A stretch of DNA of 38,303 bases from Anaerolineales bacterium (GCA_046541755.1 JBKHCQ010000001.1:1-38303); one strand, 5' to 3'. Counted from the stretch's first letter, positions 10,340 through 21,645 are shown. Made by a program: numbers and translations. The notes: generated by a model not told the origin, from the sequence alone.

Positions 10340-10469
10340 ACGCTTAGGGCTAAGGAGAAGCTAACTTTCCCATTTGGAAATCTGCATGTAGTCGTAAAAC
10401 CGGGTAAGTTATTTACTGCGCACTCCTTAGCTACGAGAAAATCAATACCGCTTTTAGGTTGCTTGATCT

Positions 10470-10520
10470 TACCCCCCTGGTCTTGAACTTGCCGTTATTG
10501 GGGTTTGGGCCAGGGGGGTA
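10470..10520 (+). other. Stem-loop (11-bp perfect stem TACCCCCCTGG / CCAGGGGGGTA, 29-nt loop) inside the unusual rpsJ-rplC spacer
   Basis: Read directly: 10470-10480 pairs with 10510-10520. Confidence 0.4.
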
Positions 10521-10680
10521 GTGTGAGCGGTAAACTTAGGCCTAACCAGGTGAATTCTTTGTACAATAAACAGGCCAGGATTTGATGTTCAAGCCTGTTA
10601 GTTGTAGCTCTATCACGATAGGGATGATGCGACGTTAATCAATAAACGGTCGTTGGCAGTCCCTCGGAGGTAAATGATTT

Positions 10681-11334
10681 ATGAGAGGTATTTTAGGTAA
10701 GAAGGTCGGAATGACCCAGGTTTTCCAGGAAGACGGCTCGGCCGTGCCGGTCACCGTAATCGAAGCCGGGCCGTGTTATGTGACCCAGGTTCGTACCGAA
10801 GAGCGTGATGGTTATCGCGCGGTTCAACTCGGATACGAGTTGGCTAAAGAGAAGCACCTCACGAAGGGGCAACTGGGCCACTTGGATCAAGCTGGCGTTT
10901 CCCCGCTGCGCTATCTGCGCGAAATACGAATTCGCGAGGATGAGGCTTTCGAGTTAGGGCAGGAGGTGCTGGTAGATATTTTCGAACCGGGTGAGCGAGT
11001 AGATGTAGTAGGTAAATCGAAGGGGCGTGGTTTTGCAGGCGTTGTGAAGCGTTATGGCTTCGCTGGCGGCCCTAAAACCCATGGCCAATCTGATCGTCAT
11101 CGTGCGCCAGGCTCCATCGGCGCGTGCGCGTCACCGGGCCGGGTTTGGAAGGGACAGCGCATGCCGGGCCGGATGGGCGGCAAGCGTGTGACCTCGCAGA
11201 ATATCGAGGTTGTCTTGGTGGACCCGGATCGCAACCTTCTGGCCGTCAAGGGCAGTGTGCCCGGCCCGAAGGGGGGCTTCGTGATCGTCAAAGAAGCTCG
11301 AAAGCAACGGGTTCGAAAGGGAGGTATTAAGTAG
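10681..11334 (+). CDS. rplC: 50S ribosomal protein L3
   Basis: [15 protein letters not shown]... 217 aa. Confidence 0.97.
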   Translation: MRGILGKKVGMTQVFQEDGSAVPVTVIEAGPCYVTQVRTEERDGYRAVQLGYELAKEKHLTKGQLGHLDQAGVSPLRYLREIRIREDEAFELGQEVLVDIFEPGERVDVVGKSKGRGFAGVVKRYGFAGGPKTHGQSDRHRAPGSIGACASPGRVWKGQRMPGRMGGKRVTSQNIEVVLVDPDRNLLAVKGSVPGPKGGFVIVKEARKQRVRKGGIK

Positions 11335-11336
11335 CC

Positions 11337-11969
11337 ATGCGGGTAGCAGTAATGAATATGCAAGGCGAACAAGTAGACGAGATTGAACTGCACGCTGATA
11401 TCTTTGAGGCGACCGTCAATGTGCCCTTAATGCATCAAGCTATGGTTCGTCAATTGGCGAATCAGCGCGCCGGTACCCACAAGACGAAGACGCGAAGCGA
11501 GAACAACCGTTCCAAGTCCAAGTGGTATCGGCAGAAGGGAACAGGGCGCGCCCGGCACGGCAGCCGGAATGCTCCTATCTTCGTAGGCGGCGGTATCGCC
11601 CATGGGCCGATGCCGCGCAGCTACGATAAGAAGATGCCGCGCAAGATGCGACGCGCTGCGTTACGTTCAGCGTTGTCCGTCAAAGCTGCGGAGCAAGAAA
11701 TGATCGTGGTGGATAATCTGACAATGCCGGCGCCTAAGACCAAGGAAATGGTTCGGGTGTTGAAGAACTTAGCGGCATCTGACAAGAAAGTCCTCATCCT
11801 GTTGCCAGATGCCAACGAGTCGGTTGAGTTATCGGGGCGGAACTTGCCCAATGTGAATATATTGCGCGCTCAATACTTGAATATTCGAGACCTGTTGGTC
11901 GCTGATTTGGTCATCGTGCCGTTGAGTGCCTTAGAAGTCATTGAATCGTTCTTGGGCCGGGCGGCCTAA
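11337..11969 (+). CDS. rplD: 50S ribosomal protein L4
   Basis: 210 aa: ...[12 protein letters not shown]...[13 protein letters not shown]... Confidence 0.96.
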   Translation: MRVAVMNMQGEQVDEIELHADIFEATVNVPLMHQAMVRQLANQRAGTHKTKTRSENNRSKSKWYRQKGTGRARHGSRNAPIFVGGGIAHGPMPRSYDKKMPRKMRRAALRSALSVKAAEQEMIVVDNLTMPAPKTKEMVRVLKNLAASDKKVLILLPDANESVELSGRNLPNVNILRAQYLNIRDLLVADLVIVPLSALEVIESFLGRAA

Positions 11970-12000
11970 TGAGGTTGACGATTTATTGAGAGGAAGCGCT

Positions 12001-12270
12001 ATGGATATTTATGACGTGATTATACGACCAATAGTGTCGGAGAAGATATATAGACAACTGGAGCTGGGAAAGTACAGCTTTGAGGTCCATCATCGGGCGA
12101 ACAAGCGAAAGGTTAAGCAGGCAGTGGAGCAGATCTACGACGTACACGTCGAGTCTGTGAATGTGATGAATATGCCTGCGAAGACCAGCCGCTCGCGATA
12201 TCGCTCGCCATGGAAGAAAGCGATTGTGACCCTGGCCCCAGGTGATCGGATTGAGGAGTTGGAGGCGTAA
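12001..12270 (+). CDS. rplW: 50S ribosomal protein L23 (start trimmed to ATG 12001)
   Basis: [15 protein letters not shown]...; GAGAGGAAG SD at 11988-11996. The track ORF start at 11941 overlaps the rplD end. Confidence 0.93.
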   Translation: MDIYDVIIRPIVSEKIYRQLELGKYSFEVHHRANKRKVKQAVEQIYDVHVESVNVMNMPAKTSRSRYRSPWKKAIVTLAPGDRIEELEA

Positions 12271-12272
12271 CA

Positions 12273-13115
12273 ATGGGGATTAAGAAGTATCGGCCCACGT
12301 CTCCTGGTCGTCGTTGGATGACCGGGCAGACATTTGATGAGATTACGCGCACCAAGCCAGAGAAGAGCCTGCTACGACCGCTGAAAAAGAAAGCTGGACG
12401 CAACGCCTATGGACGGATTACGGTTCGGCACCGAGGCGGCGGTCACGCGCGCCAATATCGACTGATCGATTTCAAACGTGATAAGTTGGATGTGCCGGGG
12501 ACGGTTAAATCGATAGAATACGATCCCAACCGCTCCGCCCGTATCGCCTTGATAGCCTACGCGGATGGCGAAAAGCGCTACATCTTGGCCCCGTTAGGTT
12601 TGAAGGTGAGCGACACCATCATTAGCTCGAAAAATGACATCGAATCGCATGTCGGTAATGCGATGCCTTTGATGAGAATTCCCACGGGCACGATGGTCCA
12701 CAACGTAGAGCTACATCCCGGTCAGGGTGGACAGTTGGTGCGTGCGGCGGGGACGGCAGCTCAAATCTCTGCGAAAGAGGGAGATTATGTGACCCTCCGG
12801 CTACCTAGCACGGAACTGCGATTGGTGCGCAAAGAGTGTATGGCGACGATTGGTCAGGTAGGCAATGTTGATCACGCTAACGTGAAGTTGGGCAAGGCCG
12901 GACGCAAACGTTGGTTGGGTTGGCGACCTACAGTCCGTGGTTCGGCTATGTCGCCTCGCGACCATCCACATGGTGGTGGGGAGGGCCGTTCTCCGATTGG
13001 CATGCCTGGTCCTAAATCGCCGTGGGGTTGGCGCACGCTTGGTCGCAAAACGCGCCATAACCGCGCGACGGATAAATATATTGTCCGCCGGCGACGAACT
13101 GGTCGTCGTAGGTAG
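12273..13115 (+). CDS. rplB: 50S ribosomal protein L2
   Basis: 280 aa: [14 protein letters not shown]...RHRGGGH...[14 protein letters not shown]... Confidence 0.98.
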   Translation: MGIKKYRPTSPGRRWMTGQTFDEITRTKPEKSLLRPLKKKAGRNAYGRITVRHRGGGHARQYRLIDFKRDKLDVPGTVKSIEYDPNRSARIALIAYADGEKRYILAPLGLKVSDTIISSKNDIESHVGNAMPLMRIPTGTMVHNVELHPGQGGQLVRAAGTAAQISAKEGDYVTLRLPSTELRLVRKECMATIGQVGNVDHANVKLGKAGRKRWLGWRPTVRGSAMSPRDHPHGGGEGRSPIGMPGPKSPWGWRTLGRKTRHNRATDKYIVRRRRTGRRR

Positions 13116-13136
13116 ACATTAGGGAGGATAAAATAT

Positions 13137-13427
13137 ATGTCGCGTTCGTTGAAAAAAGGCCCGTTTATAGAGCCTAGGCTATTGGAAAAGGTCGAGGAAA
13201 TGAATCGAACCGGCCACAAGCGTGTAATTCGCACCTGGTCGCGAGCGTCGGTGATCTTTCCTCAGATGGTAGGCCATACGATCGCGGTCCATGATGGCCG
13301 TCGCCATGTGCCCATCTACATTACAGAGAACATGGTAGGACATCGCCTGGGGGAGTTTGCCCCAACGCGGACCTTTCGTGGGCATACCGTCAAAGAGAAA
13401 AAAGGCAAAGTGAGAAGGATAGAGTGA
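13137..13427 (+). CDS. rpsS: 30S ribosomal protein S19
   Basis: [12 protein letters not shown]...[51 protein letters not shown]. Confidence 0.97.
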   Translation: MSRSLKKGPFIEPRLLEKVEEMNRTGHKRVIRTWSRASVIFPQMVGHTIAVHDGRRHVPIYITENMVGHRLGEFAPTRTFRGHTVKEKKGKVRRIE

Positions 13428-13445
13428 GGGTATGAGTGAGGGTAT
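13422..13445 (+). repeat. Perfect 12-bp tandem duplication GAGTGAGGGTAT x2 spanning the rpsS stop and rplV SD/start region
   Basis: Read directly (13422-13433 and 13434-13445). Confidence 0.8.
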
Positions 13446-13446
13446 C

Positions 13447-13806
13447 ATGAAGGAAACAGTTCGTGCTAAGGCTAAATATGTGCCGATGACGCCGCAGAAA
13501 GTTCGGCGCATCATCGATCCCCTGCGGGGGATGCGCGCACAGGACGCCCTGGATGCATTGCGGATTTTACCTCACGCTGCGGCTGAACCCGTTTACAAGT
13601 TGATTCACTCTGCGATGGCGAATGGTGAAGAACAAGGATTGGACGTGGATCGCTTGTACATTCATATCCTGACAGCGGATGATGGGCCGGGCGTCATGCC
13701 GGGAAAAGGCCGGCGTGCTCGTTGGGGCGGTCGCGGACGTTATCGACCAATCCGGAAGCGCTCATCTCATATTACAGTCGTTCTAGAAGAACGACTCGAA
13801 GAGTAA
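13447..13806 (+). CDS. rplV: 50S ribosomal protein L22 (start ATG 13447 preferred; ATG 13432 possible)
   Basis: [39 protein letters not shown]... The GAGGG SD spacing favours 13447. Confidence 0.9.
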   Translation: MKETVRAKAKYVPMTPQKVRRIIDPLRGMRAQDALDALRILPHAAAEPVYKLIHSAMANGEEQGLDVDRLYIHILTADDGPGVMPGKGRRARWGGRGRYRPIRKRSSHITVVLEERLEE

Positions 13807-13820
13807 GAAGGAGGAGAGTC

Positions 13821-14504
13821 TTGGGGCGTAAAGTACATCCTTATGGGTTCCGATTAAAGGTCATTCGTGATTGGAAGTCGCGATGGTTTGCCGAAGGACG
13901 TGAATACGCGGACTTATTAGAAGAAGATCGGAAAATTCGTAACTTGATTGCTAAAACAATGCGTGAACAGTCTCGAGATGGTCAAACCGGTGTCTCTAGC
14001 ATCGAAATCGAACGATTCCCGCCTAATCAAGTTTCCATCATCATCCACACGGCTCGTCCAGGCATGGTCATTGGCCGGAAAGGGGCTAACGTAAAGACCC
14101 TGCGCGGAGATGTGGAAGAATTAACCGGGGGTAAGCGAGTTCACATTGACGTACAAGAAGTCGAACAGCCTGACCTGGATGCTAAGCTTGTCGCGGAGAA
14201 CATCGTGGCGCAGTTGGAGAAGCGAATTTACCATAACCGCGCGATGAAACGTGCGGTTCGCCAGAGCATGCGCGCGGGAGCAAAGGGCATCAAGGTGATG
14301 TGCAGTGGCCGGCTTTCCGGTTCGGAAATGGCCCGTCGCGAGTGGAGTCGTGAAGGCCGCGTGCCACTTCAAACCCTACGAGCGGATATTTCGTACGCTC
14401 AAGAGGAAGCTGCGACGGCCTACGGGAACATCGGAGTCAAGGTCTGGATTTACCGAGGCGAGATTCTGCCTGGGCAATCCTCCCCCTTGGATCAAGCGTC
14501 CTAG
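13821..14504 (+). CDS. rpsC: 30S ribosomal protein S3 (TTG start at 13821)
   Basis: (M)[23 protein letters not shown]..., the canonical S3 N-terminus, behind GAAGGAGGAG at 13807-13816. The track ORF start at 13722 overlaps rplV. Confidence 0.94.
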   Translation: MGRKVHPYGFRLKVIRDWKSRWFAEGREYADLLEEDRKIRNLIAKTMREQSRDGQTGVSSIEIERFPPNQVSIIIHTARPGMVIGRKGANVKTLRGDVEELTGGKRVHIDVQEVEQPDLDAKLVAENIVAQLEKRIYHNRAMKRAVRQSMRAGAKGIKVMCSGRLSGSEMARREWSREGRVPLQTLRADISYAQEEAATAYGNIGVKVWIYRGEILPGQSSPLDQAS

Positions 14505-14557
14505 TCAATTAACTCAGGACAGATAAGGATAGATTCCCTAGGTAAGGAGTTAAAATT

Positions 14558-14989
14558 ATGTTGATGCCGAAACGCGTGAAATATCGCAAACAACATCGCG
14601 GACGGATGAAAGGGAAGGCCTCCCGAGGCGTGGATGTCAGCTTCGGTGATGTGGGGCTTCAGGCCCTGGAGCCATCCTGGATCACCGCCCGTCAGATTGA
14701 GGCCGCGCGGCGTGCGATTGTGCGTCATATGCGGCGTCGTGGTAAGTATTGGGTTCGGATCTTCCCCGATAAACCGGTGACATCGAAGCCCGCCGAAACC
14801 CGGATGGGTAAGGGGAAGGGGGTGGTCGAACAATGGGTAGCCGTGGTCCGACCAGGACGAGTTATGTTTGAGGTGGGCGGTGTGGAAGAAGATGTGGCCC
14901 GTGAGGCCCTCCGTCTGGCCGCGCACAAGTTACCGATTAAGACCCAGGTCATTAAACGCTTGGAGTCTGGAGAAACAGGAGCAGAGTGA
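14558..14989 (+). CDS. rplP: 50S ribosomal protein L16
   Basis: [19 protein letters not shown]... Confidence 0.97.
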   Translation: MLMPKRVKYRKQHRGRMKGKASRGVDVSFGDVGLQALEPSWITARQIEAARRAIVRHMRRRGKYWVRIFPDKPVTSKPAETRMGKGKGVVEQWVAVVRPGRVMFEVGGVEEDVAREALRLAAHKLPIKTQVIKRLESGETGAE

Positions 14990-15210
14990 TGCGTGCACAA
15001 GAACTTCGCGAATTTACATCAGATGAATTGCGGCATCGCTTGCAAGAGTCTCGGCGCGAGCTTTTTAATCTGCGTCAGCAATGGAACGTTGGAAGTTTAG
15101 AGGATCCTAGTCGGATGCGAGCGGTCCGCAAGGACATCGCCCGGATGCTGACGATCCTCCGCGAACGTGAACTGGCGGAAGAGTGGATGGATAAAGGAGC
15201 AACGGCATGA
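14989..15210 (+). CDS. rpmC: 50S ribosomal protein L29
   Basis: [29 protein letters not shown]... The ATG overlaps the rplP TGA (TGATG). Confidence 0.93.
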   Translation: MRAQELREFTSDELRHRLQESRRELFNLRQQWNVGSLEDPSRMRAVRKDIARMLTILRERELAEEWMDKGATA

Positions 15211-15458
15211 GGGAACGACGGCGACAGCTAACTGGGGTTGTAACCAGTGATAAGATGGATAAGACAGTGGTCGTGGAAGTTGAGCGCCGGTATCAACATC
15301 CGCGCTACAAGAAAGTCGTGCGGGGTGTGAAAAAATACATGGCACACGACGAGGGAAATACTTGTCGCATGGGTGATACGGTGCGTATCATTGAGTCTCG
15401 TCCCTACAGTCGGCATAAGCGCTGGGCCGTGGAAGAAATCTTGGAGCGAGCCGCGTAA
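15207..15458 (+). CDS. rpsQ: 30S ribosomal protein S17
   Basis: ...[31 protein letters not shown]... ATGA overlap with rpmC. Confidence 0.95.
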   Translation: MRERRRQLTGVVTSDKMDKTVVVEVERRYQHPRYKKVVRGVKKYMAHDEGNTCRMGDTVRIIESRPYSRHKRWAVEEILERAA

Positions 15459-15468
15459 GGGGTGAATT

Positions 15469-15840
15469 ATGATTCAACAAGAGACGCGGTTAAGGGTAGC
15501 AGATAATACCGGTGCTCAGGAATTGTTGTGTATCAGCGTGGTGGGCGGTTCTCGCCGGCAATATGGCTCGGTGGGCGATACCATTACGGCTACTGTCAAG
15601 TCCGCGACACCGACCTCATCCGTCAAGAAGGGCGAGATTGTGAAAGCGGTTGTCGTGCGGGTCGCTAAGGAGTATCGACGTGATGATGGCTCCTACATCC
15701 GCTTCGATGATAATGCAGCGGTGGTCCTGGACAAGGATGGCTTCAATCCCCGGGGCACCCGGATCTTTGGGCCGGTCGCGCGCGAATTACGTGAGAAAGG
15801 CTTTATGAAGATTGTGTCCTTGGCAGCAGAAGTCCTGTGA
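15469..15840 (+). CDS. rplN: 50S ribosomal protein L14
   Basis: [22 protein letters not shown]... Confidence 0.97.
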   Translation: MIQQETRLRVADNTGAQELLCISVVGGSRRQYGSVGDTITATVKSATPTSSVKKGEIVKAVVVRVAKEYRRDDGSYIRFDDNAAVVLDKDGFNPRGTRIFGPVARELREKGFMKIVSLAAEVL

Positions 15841-15859
15841 TCGGATGGTGAGGTGGTAA

Positions 15860-16180
15860 ATGAATCGAATTAAGAAAGGTGATATTGTACAGGTAATTTG
15901 CGGCGAGGATCGGGGCCTGCGCGGTGAGGTCTTGCGGGTGTTGCCCAAGGAAAATCGAGCCGTTGTCTCGAAGGTCAACTTGGTAGTCAAGCACCAGCCG
16001 GCCCAGCGGGCGGGACGCTCACAGATGCAAGGTGGGCGGATTCAATTCGAGGCTCCTATCCACATCTCAAATATCATGCCTGTATGCCCTGTTTGTGATC
16101 AAGCCACCCGGGTAGGATACGACGTCGTCGATGGCGAAAAGGTGCGTATCTGCCGGAAATGTGGCGAGGTAATGGACTAA
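15860..16180 (+). CDS. rplX: 50S ribosomal protein L24 (CxxC...CxxC zinc-ribbon form)
   Basis: [24 protein letters not shown]...; C-terminal CPVCDQ...CRKCGE, as I recall from Thermus-type L24. Confidence 0.95.
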   Translation: MNRIKKGDIVQVICGEDRGLRGEVLRVLPKENRAVVSKVNLVVKHQPAQRAGRSQMQGGRIQFEAPIHISNIMPVCPVCDQATRVGYDVVDGEKVRICRKCGEVMD

Positions 16181-16190
16181 CGAGGGAATT

Positions 16191-16730
16191 ATGCAACGAT
16201 TAAAGAAACGTTATCGTGATGATATCGTCCCGGCAATGATGGATGAGTTCGGCTATGATAATGTCATGGAGGCCCCTCGCATTCGAAAAGTCGTGATTAA
16301 CATTGGTGTGGGTGAAGCATTAGATAATCCCAAAGCGATTGAATTCGCGGTCAATGACTTGCGGACGATCACCGGACAACAGCCGATTGTGATCAAGGCG
16401 CGGAAATCTATTGCGAACTTCAAGTTGCGAGTAGGGCGTTCTATTGGCGTCAAAGTGACGTTGCGGGGCGATCAGATGTGGGCGTTCATTGATCGGCTGA
16501 TCAATGTGGCGCTCCCCCGAACCCGTGACTTCCGAGGAACCTCGGATAAACTGGACGGGCGGGGGAATTACACCCTGGGGTTACAAGAGCAGTTAATCTT
16601 CCCCGAAATTAATTACGACAAAGTGGATAAGGCCCGCGGCATGGAAGTGAGTTTCAATACGACGGCTGAAACAGATGAAGAAGGACGTCGTTTGTTGGAA
16701 CTGATCGGGATGCCGTTCCGAAGGAGTTAG
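16191..16730 (+). CDS. rplE: 50S ribosomal protein L5
   Basis: 179 aa: [43 protein letters not shown]... Confidence 0.97.
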   Translation: MQRLKKRYRDDIVPAMMDEFGYDNVMEAPRIRKVVINIGVGEALDNPKAIEFAVNDLRTITGQQPIVIKARKSIANFKLRVGRSIGVKVTLRGDQMWAFIDRLINVALPRTRDFRGTSDKLDGRGNYTLGLQEQLIFPEINYDKVDKARGMEVSFNTTAETDEEGRRLLELIGMPFRRS

Positions 16731-16766
16731 GAATCGAAATGACAGCGTTAGGCAGAAGGAGTTATG

Positions 16767-16949
16767 ATGGCTAAGAAATCAATGCCGATTCGCGAAACTC
16801 GACGCAAGTATGACGTACAAGTTCGGAACCGCTGTTCGCGATGCGGCCGTCCCCGTGGGTACTATCGTCGTTTCGGCCTCTGCCGAATTTGTGTTCGCGA
16901 ATTGGCCTTACAGGGGAAAATCCCCGGTTTGGTTAAGTCCAGTTGGTAA
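16767..16949 (+). CDS. rpsN: 30S ribosomal protein S14, short zinc-binding type Z
   Basis: [10 protein letters not shown]...[20 protein letters not shown]...; about 60 aa. GAAGGAG SD. A second ATG at 16764 is also possible. Confidence 0.95.
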   Translation: MAKKSMPIRETRRKYDVQVRNRCSRCGRPRGYYRRFGLCRICVRELALQGKIPGLVKSSW

Positions 16950-16962
16950 TGGAGTAGGATTT

Positions 16963-17370
16963 ATGGTGATGTCAGATCCAATTGCTGATATGTTGGCGCG
17001 TATACGCAATGCTTTGATGCGTAAGCATGCGACGGTTACGATCCCTGCATCCAAATTAAAGGTCTCGATTGCGAAGATCTTAAAGGATGAGGGATATATC
17101 GAAGATTATAAGGTCCAGAAGAACGGGCAATTTGAAGAAATATTGCTTCAGCTCAAATATGTTGGGGATCTAAAGCATCAGCGCCCTGTGATTGACGGCC
17201 TCGAGCGAGTGAGTAAGCCAGGATGCCGAGTTTACACCTCGGTGCAGGATATCCCCTGGGTGCGGAGCGGGATGGGTATTGCCGTCCTCTCTACCCCTAA
17301 AGGCGTGATCACTGGTCAACAGGCGCGACGATTACACGTGGGCGGTGAGATCCTCTGCTACGTCTGGTAA
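16963..17370 (+). CDS. rpsH: 30S ribosomal protein S8 (start trimmed to ATG 16963)
   Basis: [17 protein letters not shown]..., the canonical S8 N-terminus. The track start at 16810 overlaps rpsN. Confidence 0.95.
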   Translation: MVMSDPIADMLARIRNALMRKHATVTIPASKLKVSIAKILKDEGYIEDYKVQKNGQFEEILLQLKYVGDLKHQRPVIDGLERVSKPGCRVYTSVQDIPWVRSGMGIAVLSTPKGVITGQQARRLHVGGEILCYVW

Positions 17371-17386
17371 CAATTAGGAGGTAGGT

Positions 17387-17935
17387 GTGTCTAGAATAGG
17401 CAGATTACCTGTGCCTGTGCCAGAAAAGGTTCAAGTTACAATTGATGGTCCCGAAGTGACCATCGAGGGGCCTAAAGGGATGTTGACCCGTAGGTTCGAT
17501 ACTCGGATGGAGATTTCACTGGAGGATAAGGCAATCCACGTGAAGCGCCTCAGCAATGAGCGCCAAGCCCGCGCCTTGCATGGCTTGACCCGCGCGTTGA
17601 TCAATAATATGGTCATCGGCGTGACGGAAGGCTATAGCAAGACACTGGAAATTCACGGGACAGGGTATCGAGCGGAACTGCAGGGCCAAAACTTGGTCAT
17701 GCACCTGGGATATTCACATCCTGTGGTGATGGAACCGCCAGAGAACCTGGAATTTGAGGTCAATCCTCGAGCTGGTACGGTCAGGGTGAATGGAATCGAT
17801 AAGGAAGTTGTAGGACAGATTGCGGCGCAGATCCGCGATGCGCGTCCGGTGGAGCCTTACCAAGGTAAGGGCATCCGCTATCAAGGTGAACGAGTCCGGC
17901 GTAAGGCCGGCAAGGCCGGTAAGACGGCTCTGTAG
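17387..17935 (+). CDS. rplF: 50S ribosomal protein L6 (GTG start)
   Basis: MSRIGRLPVPVPEKVQVTIDG... Confidence 0.96.
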   Translation: MSRIGRLPVPVPEKVQVTIDGPEVTIEGPKGMLTRRFDTRMEISLEDKAIHVKRLSNERQARALHGLTRALINNMVIGVTEGYSKTLEIHGTGYRAELQGQNLVMHLGYSHPVVMEPPENLEFEVNPRAGTVRVNGIDKEVVGQIAAQIRDARPVEPYQGKGIRYQGERVRRKAGKAGKTAL

Positions 17936-17980
17936 TCTATAAAGTCTGCGTGGAACTGAGGGTAAAAAGGTAAAGATAAT

Positions 17981-18349
17981 ATGAAACCAGAAGTTAATCG
18001 TAATGCAGCCCGTAAACGGCGTCATATCCATGTCCGTAAGCATGTGGCAGGAACGCCTGAACGTCCACGTCTGAATGTCTTTCGTAGTTTAAATCATATT
18101 TATGCTCAGATTATTGATGATAGTGTGGGGTATACTCTAGTTTCTGCCTCCACCGTTGATCGCGAAATCCGAGAGCAGCTTGAAGGAATGACGAAGACGG
18201 AACAGGCGCAAGTGGTTGGGCGTGTCTTAGGTAAGCGGGCCTTGGATAAAGGTGTCAAAAAAGTAGTATTCGATCGGGGTGGTTATCAATACCACGGTCG
18301 GGTCGCGGTATTGGCCGACGCCGCCCGCGAGGCGGGTCTGGATTTCTAA
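17981..18349 (+). CDS. rplR: 50S ribosomal protein L18
   Basis: ...[37 protein letters not shown]... Confidence 0.96.
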   Translation: MKPEVNRNAARKRRHIHVRKHVAGTPERPRLNVFRSLNHIYAQIIDDSVGYTLVSASTVDREIREQLEGMTKTEQAQVVGRVLGKRALDKGVKKVVFDRGGYQYHGRVAVLADAAREAGLDF

Positions 18350-18372
18350 TCCTGTGGAGGAGAAGTTAGTCT

Positions 18373-18900
18373 ATGCAAGCACGACGTGACTTTCGAGAAC
18401 AAGAAGAACTAGACGAGCGCGTAATTGACATTACGCGAGTCTCGACGGTGGTCAAGGGTGGACGCACGTTCCACTTCCGCGTTGTCGCCGTGGTGGGCGA
18501 TAATCAAGGTAAGGTGGGGATTGGTATTGGCAAAGCCCGGGGTGTCCCGGATGCGATTGGTAAGGCCACGACGCGCGCCCGCCGCAATATGCACGAAGTC
18601 CCCTTAGAAGGGACATCGATTCCCCATGAAATAGTGGGATCCTGTAGCGGCGCTCGCGTACTCCTTCGCCCTGCAACCAAAGGCACCGGCGTGATTGCCG
18701 GCGGCGCAGTTCGCCCCATCCTGGAAGCGGCCGGTGTTGAAGATGTGCTTTCTAAGTCATTGGGAAGCTCCACCGCCGTGAATGTAGTTCAGGCGACGAT
18801 GGATGCCCTGGATCGATTGCGCTGGGTGGAAGAGGTCGCCGAAGAGCGTGGGAAGCCCGTCGCTGAGGTGATGCCGTTCTGGCAGAGGCGGAGGGCGTGA
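18373..18900 (+). CDS. rpsE: 30S ribosomal protein S5
   Basis: ...[40 protein letters not shown]... Confidence 0.96.
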   Translation: MQARRDFREQEELDERVIDITRVSTVVKGGRTFHFRVVAVVGDNQGKVGIGIGKARGVPDAIGKATTRARRNMHEVPLEGTSIPHEIVGSCSGARVLLRPATKGTGVIAGGAVRPILEAAGVEDVLSKSLGSSTAVNVVQATMDALDRLRWVEEVAEERGKPVAEVMPFWQRRRA

Positions 18901-19091
18901 TGGAGCAAGGGAAATTGCGTATCACCTTGGTTCGCAGCACGATCGGTGCACCAAAACGGCAAAAGAGGACGGTCGCGGCGTTAGGCCTGCGGAAGTTGAG
19001 CCAAACGGTCGAACGTCCTGATAATCCTGCTGTCCGCGGGATGTTAGAAAAGATTGCCCACTTGGTCGAGCTTGAAGAAATCGAAGCCTAG
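18900..19091 (+). CDS. rpmD: 50S ribosomal protein L30
   Basis: [32 protein letters not shown]... The ATG overlaps the rpsE TGA. Confidence 0.93.
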   Translation: MEQGKLRITLVRSTIGAPKRQKRTVAALGLRKLSQTVERPDNPAVRGMLEKIAHLVELEEIEA

Positions 19092-19110
19092 TGGGATCGG
19101 AGGCAAGAAT

Positions 19111-19593
19111 ATGAAGTTACATGAACTACATCCTGCCAAGGGAGCTAAAAAGTCGCGGAGGCGAGTAGGGCGTGGGATCTCTGCCGGTCAGGGAAAGACT
19201 GCCGGTCGAGGGACTAAAGGCCAGAACGCGCGCACCGGCGGCGGCGTCTCCCCCTATTTCGAGGGGGGCCAATTGCCATTAGTTCGTAGATTACCCTTTG
19301 TGCGGGGTCAGGGATTTTCTAATCCTTATCATTTAGAGTTTGAACCGATAAATATTGATGAGTTAGTCCGGCGATTCGAAGCGGGGGCGGAGATTTCTCC
19401 TCAGTCCCTAGTCGAAGTTGGCATGATTAAACACGAGGATGATCTGATCGTTGTGTTGGGGCGCGGGGAAATTGATATCCCTCTGAAGATTAAGACCCAT
19501 CGCATATCTGATTCGGCGCGAGCCAAGATTGAAGCCGCCGGCGGCGAAGTGGAATTGTTGCCCTGGCAACGTGGCGGCTATCGAACCCGCTAA
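19111..19593 (+). CDS. rplO: 50S ribosomal protein L15 (start trimmed to ATG 19111)
   Basis: MKLHELHPAKGAKKSRRRVGRGISAGQGKTAGRGTKGQ... Confidence 0.95.
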   Translation: MKLHELHPAKGAKKSRRRVGRGISAGQGKTAGRGTKGQNARTGGGVSPYFEGGQLPLVRRLPFVRGQGFSNPYHLEFEPINIDELVRRFEAGAEISPQSLVEVGMIKHEDDLIVVLGRGEIDIPLKIKTHRISDSARAKIEAAGGEVELLPWQRGGYRTR

Positions 19594-19618
19594 TCAGTGA
19601 GATAAACGGAGGAAAGTG

Positions 19619-20926
19619 ATGATCGAAGCCCTGCGCAACGCATTGAAGCTTCCTGATCTGCGACGGCGCATTCTGTATACCGTCTTGATTCTGGTAATTT
19701 TCCGATTAGCATCCAATATCCCTGTGCCTGGCGTGGATCGTGCTGCATTAGCCGCGTTCTTTAACTCAGCATCGGCCACCAGCCAGTTGGCCGGACTGTT
19801 GGATTTGCTTTCCGGAGGCGCTGTATCGAACTTCTCGGTGTTGGCGGCCGGCGTTTATCCTTACGTGACCGCGTCCATCGTCTTGCAATTGCTTCTCCCG
19901 ATCTTCCCGCAACTTGAGCAGCGGATTCGAGAGGAAGGGGAGGAAGGACAGCGCAAGATGAATCAATGGACCTTCTATCTGACGGTGCCGTTGGCGGTCT
20001 TGCAGGCGTACGGGCAGGCCCAGTTGTTCAGCGTTGGATCGGCACAGCCCATCCTCCCGAACTTTGGATGGGGGGCGGGTAATATCCTGCCGACTATTAC
20101 CGTATTGTTGACGATGACGGCGGGCACGATGTTCGCTGTGTGGCTGGGTGAGTTGATCTCTGAACAGGGGATTGGCAATGGTCTTTCATTGATCATTTTG
20201 GGCGGTATCGTCGCCCGCATTCCTGCCAACCTGCGCAGCATTGCAGATAGCGACGGCGTGTTCGGCGTCTTGATCTTTGCCGTCATCACCGTGTTGATCG
20301 TTCTCTTTATCGTCTTTGTGCAAGAGGGCGAACGACGGATTCGCGTACAATACGGGAAGCGTGTCCGAGGTCGAAAGGTTTATGGCGGCGGCAGCACCTA
20401 TATTCCTTTGAAAGTCAACACCGCCGGTATGATCCCCATGATCTTCGCCCAATCGATCTTGGCGTTCCCGGCAGTTATCGCCCAATTTTTTGTCGGATCG
20501 ACCAATCCGGCGGTGCAGAACTTCTCTCAAAATATGGTGCAATTCTTCAGCGGTAGCAGTCCGTGGTATGCCCCCCTCTACTTCTTGGCCGTCTTTGGAT
20601 TCACCTTTTTCTACACCTTTGTGATGATCGAACAGCAGAACCTCCCGGAGACCCTGCAAAAACAGGGAGGATTTATCCCCGGTGTGCGTCCTGGCCGCAG
20701 GACTGAAGAGTTTATTTTAGGGATCTATAAACGAATCACGTTAGCCGGCGCGCTCTTCTTGGGCATCATCGCGACGTTGCCCTTCATCATTGGGTTGTTC
20801 ATGAACACTCAACAGATGTTAATCAATAGCGCTGGTTTACTCATTGTCGTCGGTACAATTGTGGATACAATGCGACAGCTAGAGGCTCAACTGTTGATGC
20901 GCCACTACGAAGGCTTCCTCCGGTAA
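19619..20926 (+). CDS. secY: Preprotein translocase subunit SecY
   Basis: About 435 aa, polytopic: MIEALRNALKLPDLRRRILYTVLILVIFRL...GIGNGLSLIILGGIV... GGAGGA SD at 19608-19613. Confidence 0.96.
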   Translation: MIEALRNALKLPDLRRRILYTVLILVIFRLASNIPVPGVDRAALAAFFNSASATSQLAGLLDLLSGGAVSNFSVLAAGVYPYVTASIVLQLLLPIFPQLEQRIREEGEEGQRKMNQWTFYLTVPLAVLQAYGQAQLFSVGSAQPILPNFGWGAGNILPTITVLLTMTAGTMFAVWLGELISEQGIGNGLSLIILGGIVARIPANLRSIADSDGVFGVLIFAVITVLIVLFIVFVQEGERRIRVQYGKRVRGRKVYGGGSTYIPLKVNTAGMIPMIFAQSILAFPAVIAQFFVGSTNPAVQNFSQNMVQFFSGSSPWYAPLYFLAVFGFTFFYTFVMIEQQNLPETLQKQGGFIPGVRPGRRTEEFILGIYKRITLAGALFLGIIATLPFIIGLFMNTQQMLINSAGLLIVVGTIVDTMRQLEAQLLMRHYEGFLR

Positions 20927-20940
20927 GATTTGAAGAAGTG

Positions 20941-20949
20941 TGGTATAAT
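20941..20949 (+). promoter_or_regulatory. Extended -10 promoter candidate (TGgTATAAT) ahead of rpmJ; no good -35
   Basis: TG at 20941-20942 and TATAAT at 20944-20949, in the 181-nt secY-rpmJ spacer. Confidence 0.3.
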
Positions 20950-21107
20950 AAAACGTCGCATGCCCATCGGGCGTGGGTTCGTTAACTTAAAAAATAATCG
21001 CATTGTAGCGTGCAAAACCTTTTCTGGGATAAGTTGGAAAGTGGTGGGAAGTATTCTGTATCTGAGCCGGATGTCTTATCCCCGGCTTAAAAGACAGGAG
21101 GATACAA

Positions 21108-21221
21108 ATGAAAGTATCATCATCTGTGAAGAAACGTTGTCCAAAGTGTAAGATCGTTCGTCGTCGAGGTGTCGTGCGAGTGATCTGCGAAAATCCTAAG
21201 CATAAGCAGCGCCAGGGATAG
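21108..21221 (+). CDS. rpmJ: 50S ribosomal protein L36 (zinc-binding C+ form); not in the supplied ORF track
   Basis: Hand translation gives [45 protein letters not shown] at 21095-21100. Confidence 0.93.
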   Translation: MKVSSSVKKRCPKCKIVRRRGVVRVICENPKHKQRQG

Positions 21222-21255
21222 CCGGCGCTCATTTTAAGGAATTTGGGGAGGAAGT

Positions 21256-21645
21256 ATGGCACGTATAGCAGGTATTGACCTTCCGCGGGATAAGCGCGTT
21301 GAAATTGGATTGACCTATATCTACGGCGTCGGGCGCAAGACCAGTAATGATATCCTGGCGCAGGCGGGCATCAGCCCCGATAAGCGCGTGAACGAATTAA
21401 ATGAGCGCGAAGTAGCTCGCATTCGTGATATCATTGACCGCAATTACGTCGTCGAGGGCGACCTCCGACGCGAAGTGCAGCGCAATATTAAGCGCCTGAT
21501 CGAGATTGGTTCCTATCGGGGGCTACGTCACCGGCGCAATTTGCCCGCGCATGGTCAACGAACACGCACGAACGCTCGCACTAAGCGCGGCCCGCGTAAG
21601 ACCGTCGCTGGTCGTGGGCGTCGTCGCGGTGCTAAGAAGAAGTAA
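21256..21645 (+). CDS. rpsM: 30S ribosomal protein S13
   Basis: [27 protein letters not shown]... Confidence 0.97.
   Translation: MARIAGIDLPRDKRVEIGLTYIYGVGRKTSNDILAQAGISPDKRVNELNEREVARIRDIIDRNYVVEGDLRREVQRNIKRLIEIGSYRGLRHRRNLPAHGQRTRTNARTKRGPRKTVAGRGRRRGAKKK

Noticed and set aside
20930-21151. 73-aa ORF in the secY-rpmJ spacer, considered as a possible divergent infA.
   Set aside because: The sequence (MKKCGIIKRRMPIGRGF...) bears no resemblance to IF-1 (S1-like OB fold motifs are absent). It has a TTG start and overlaps the well-supported rpmJ start.
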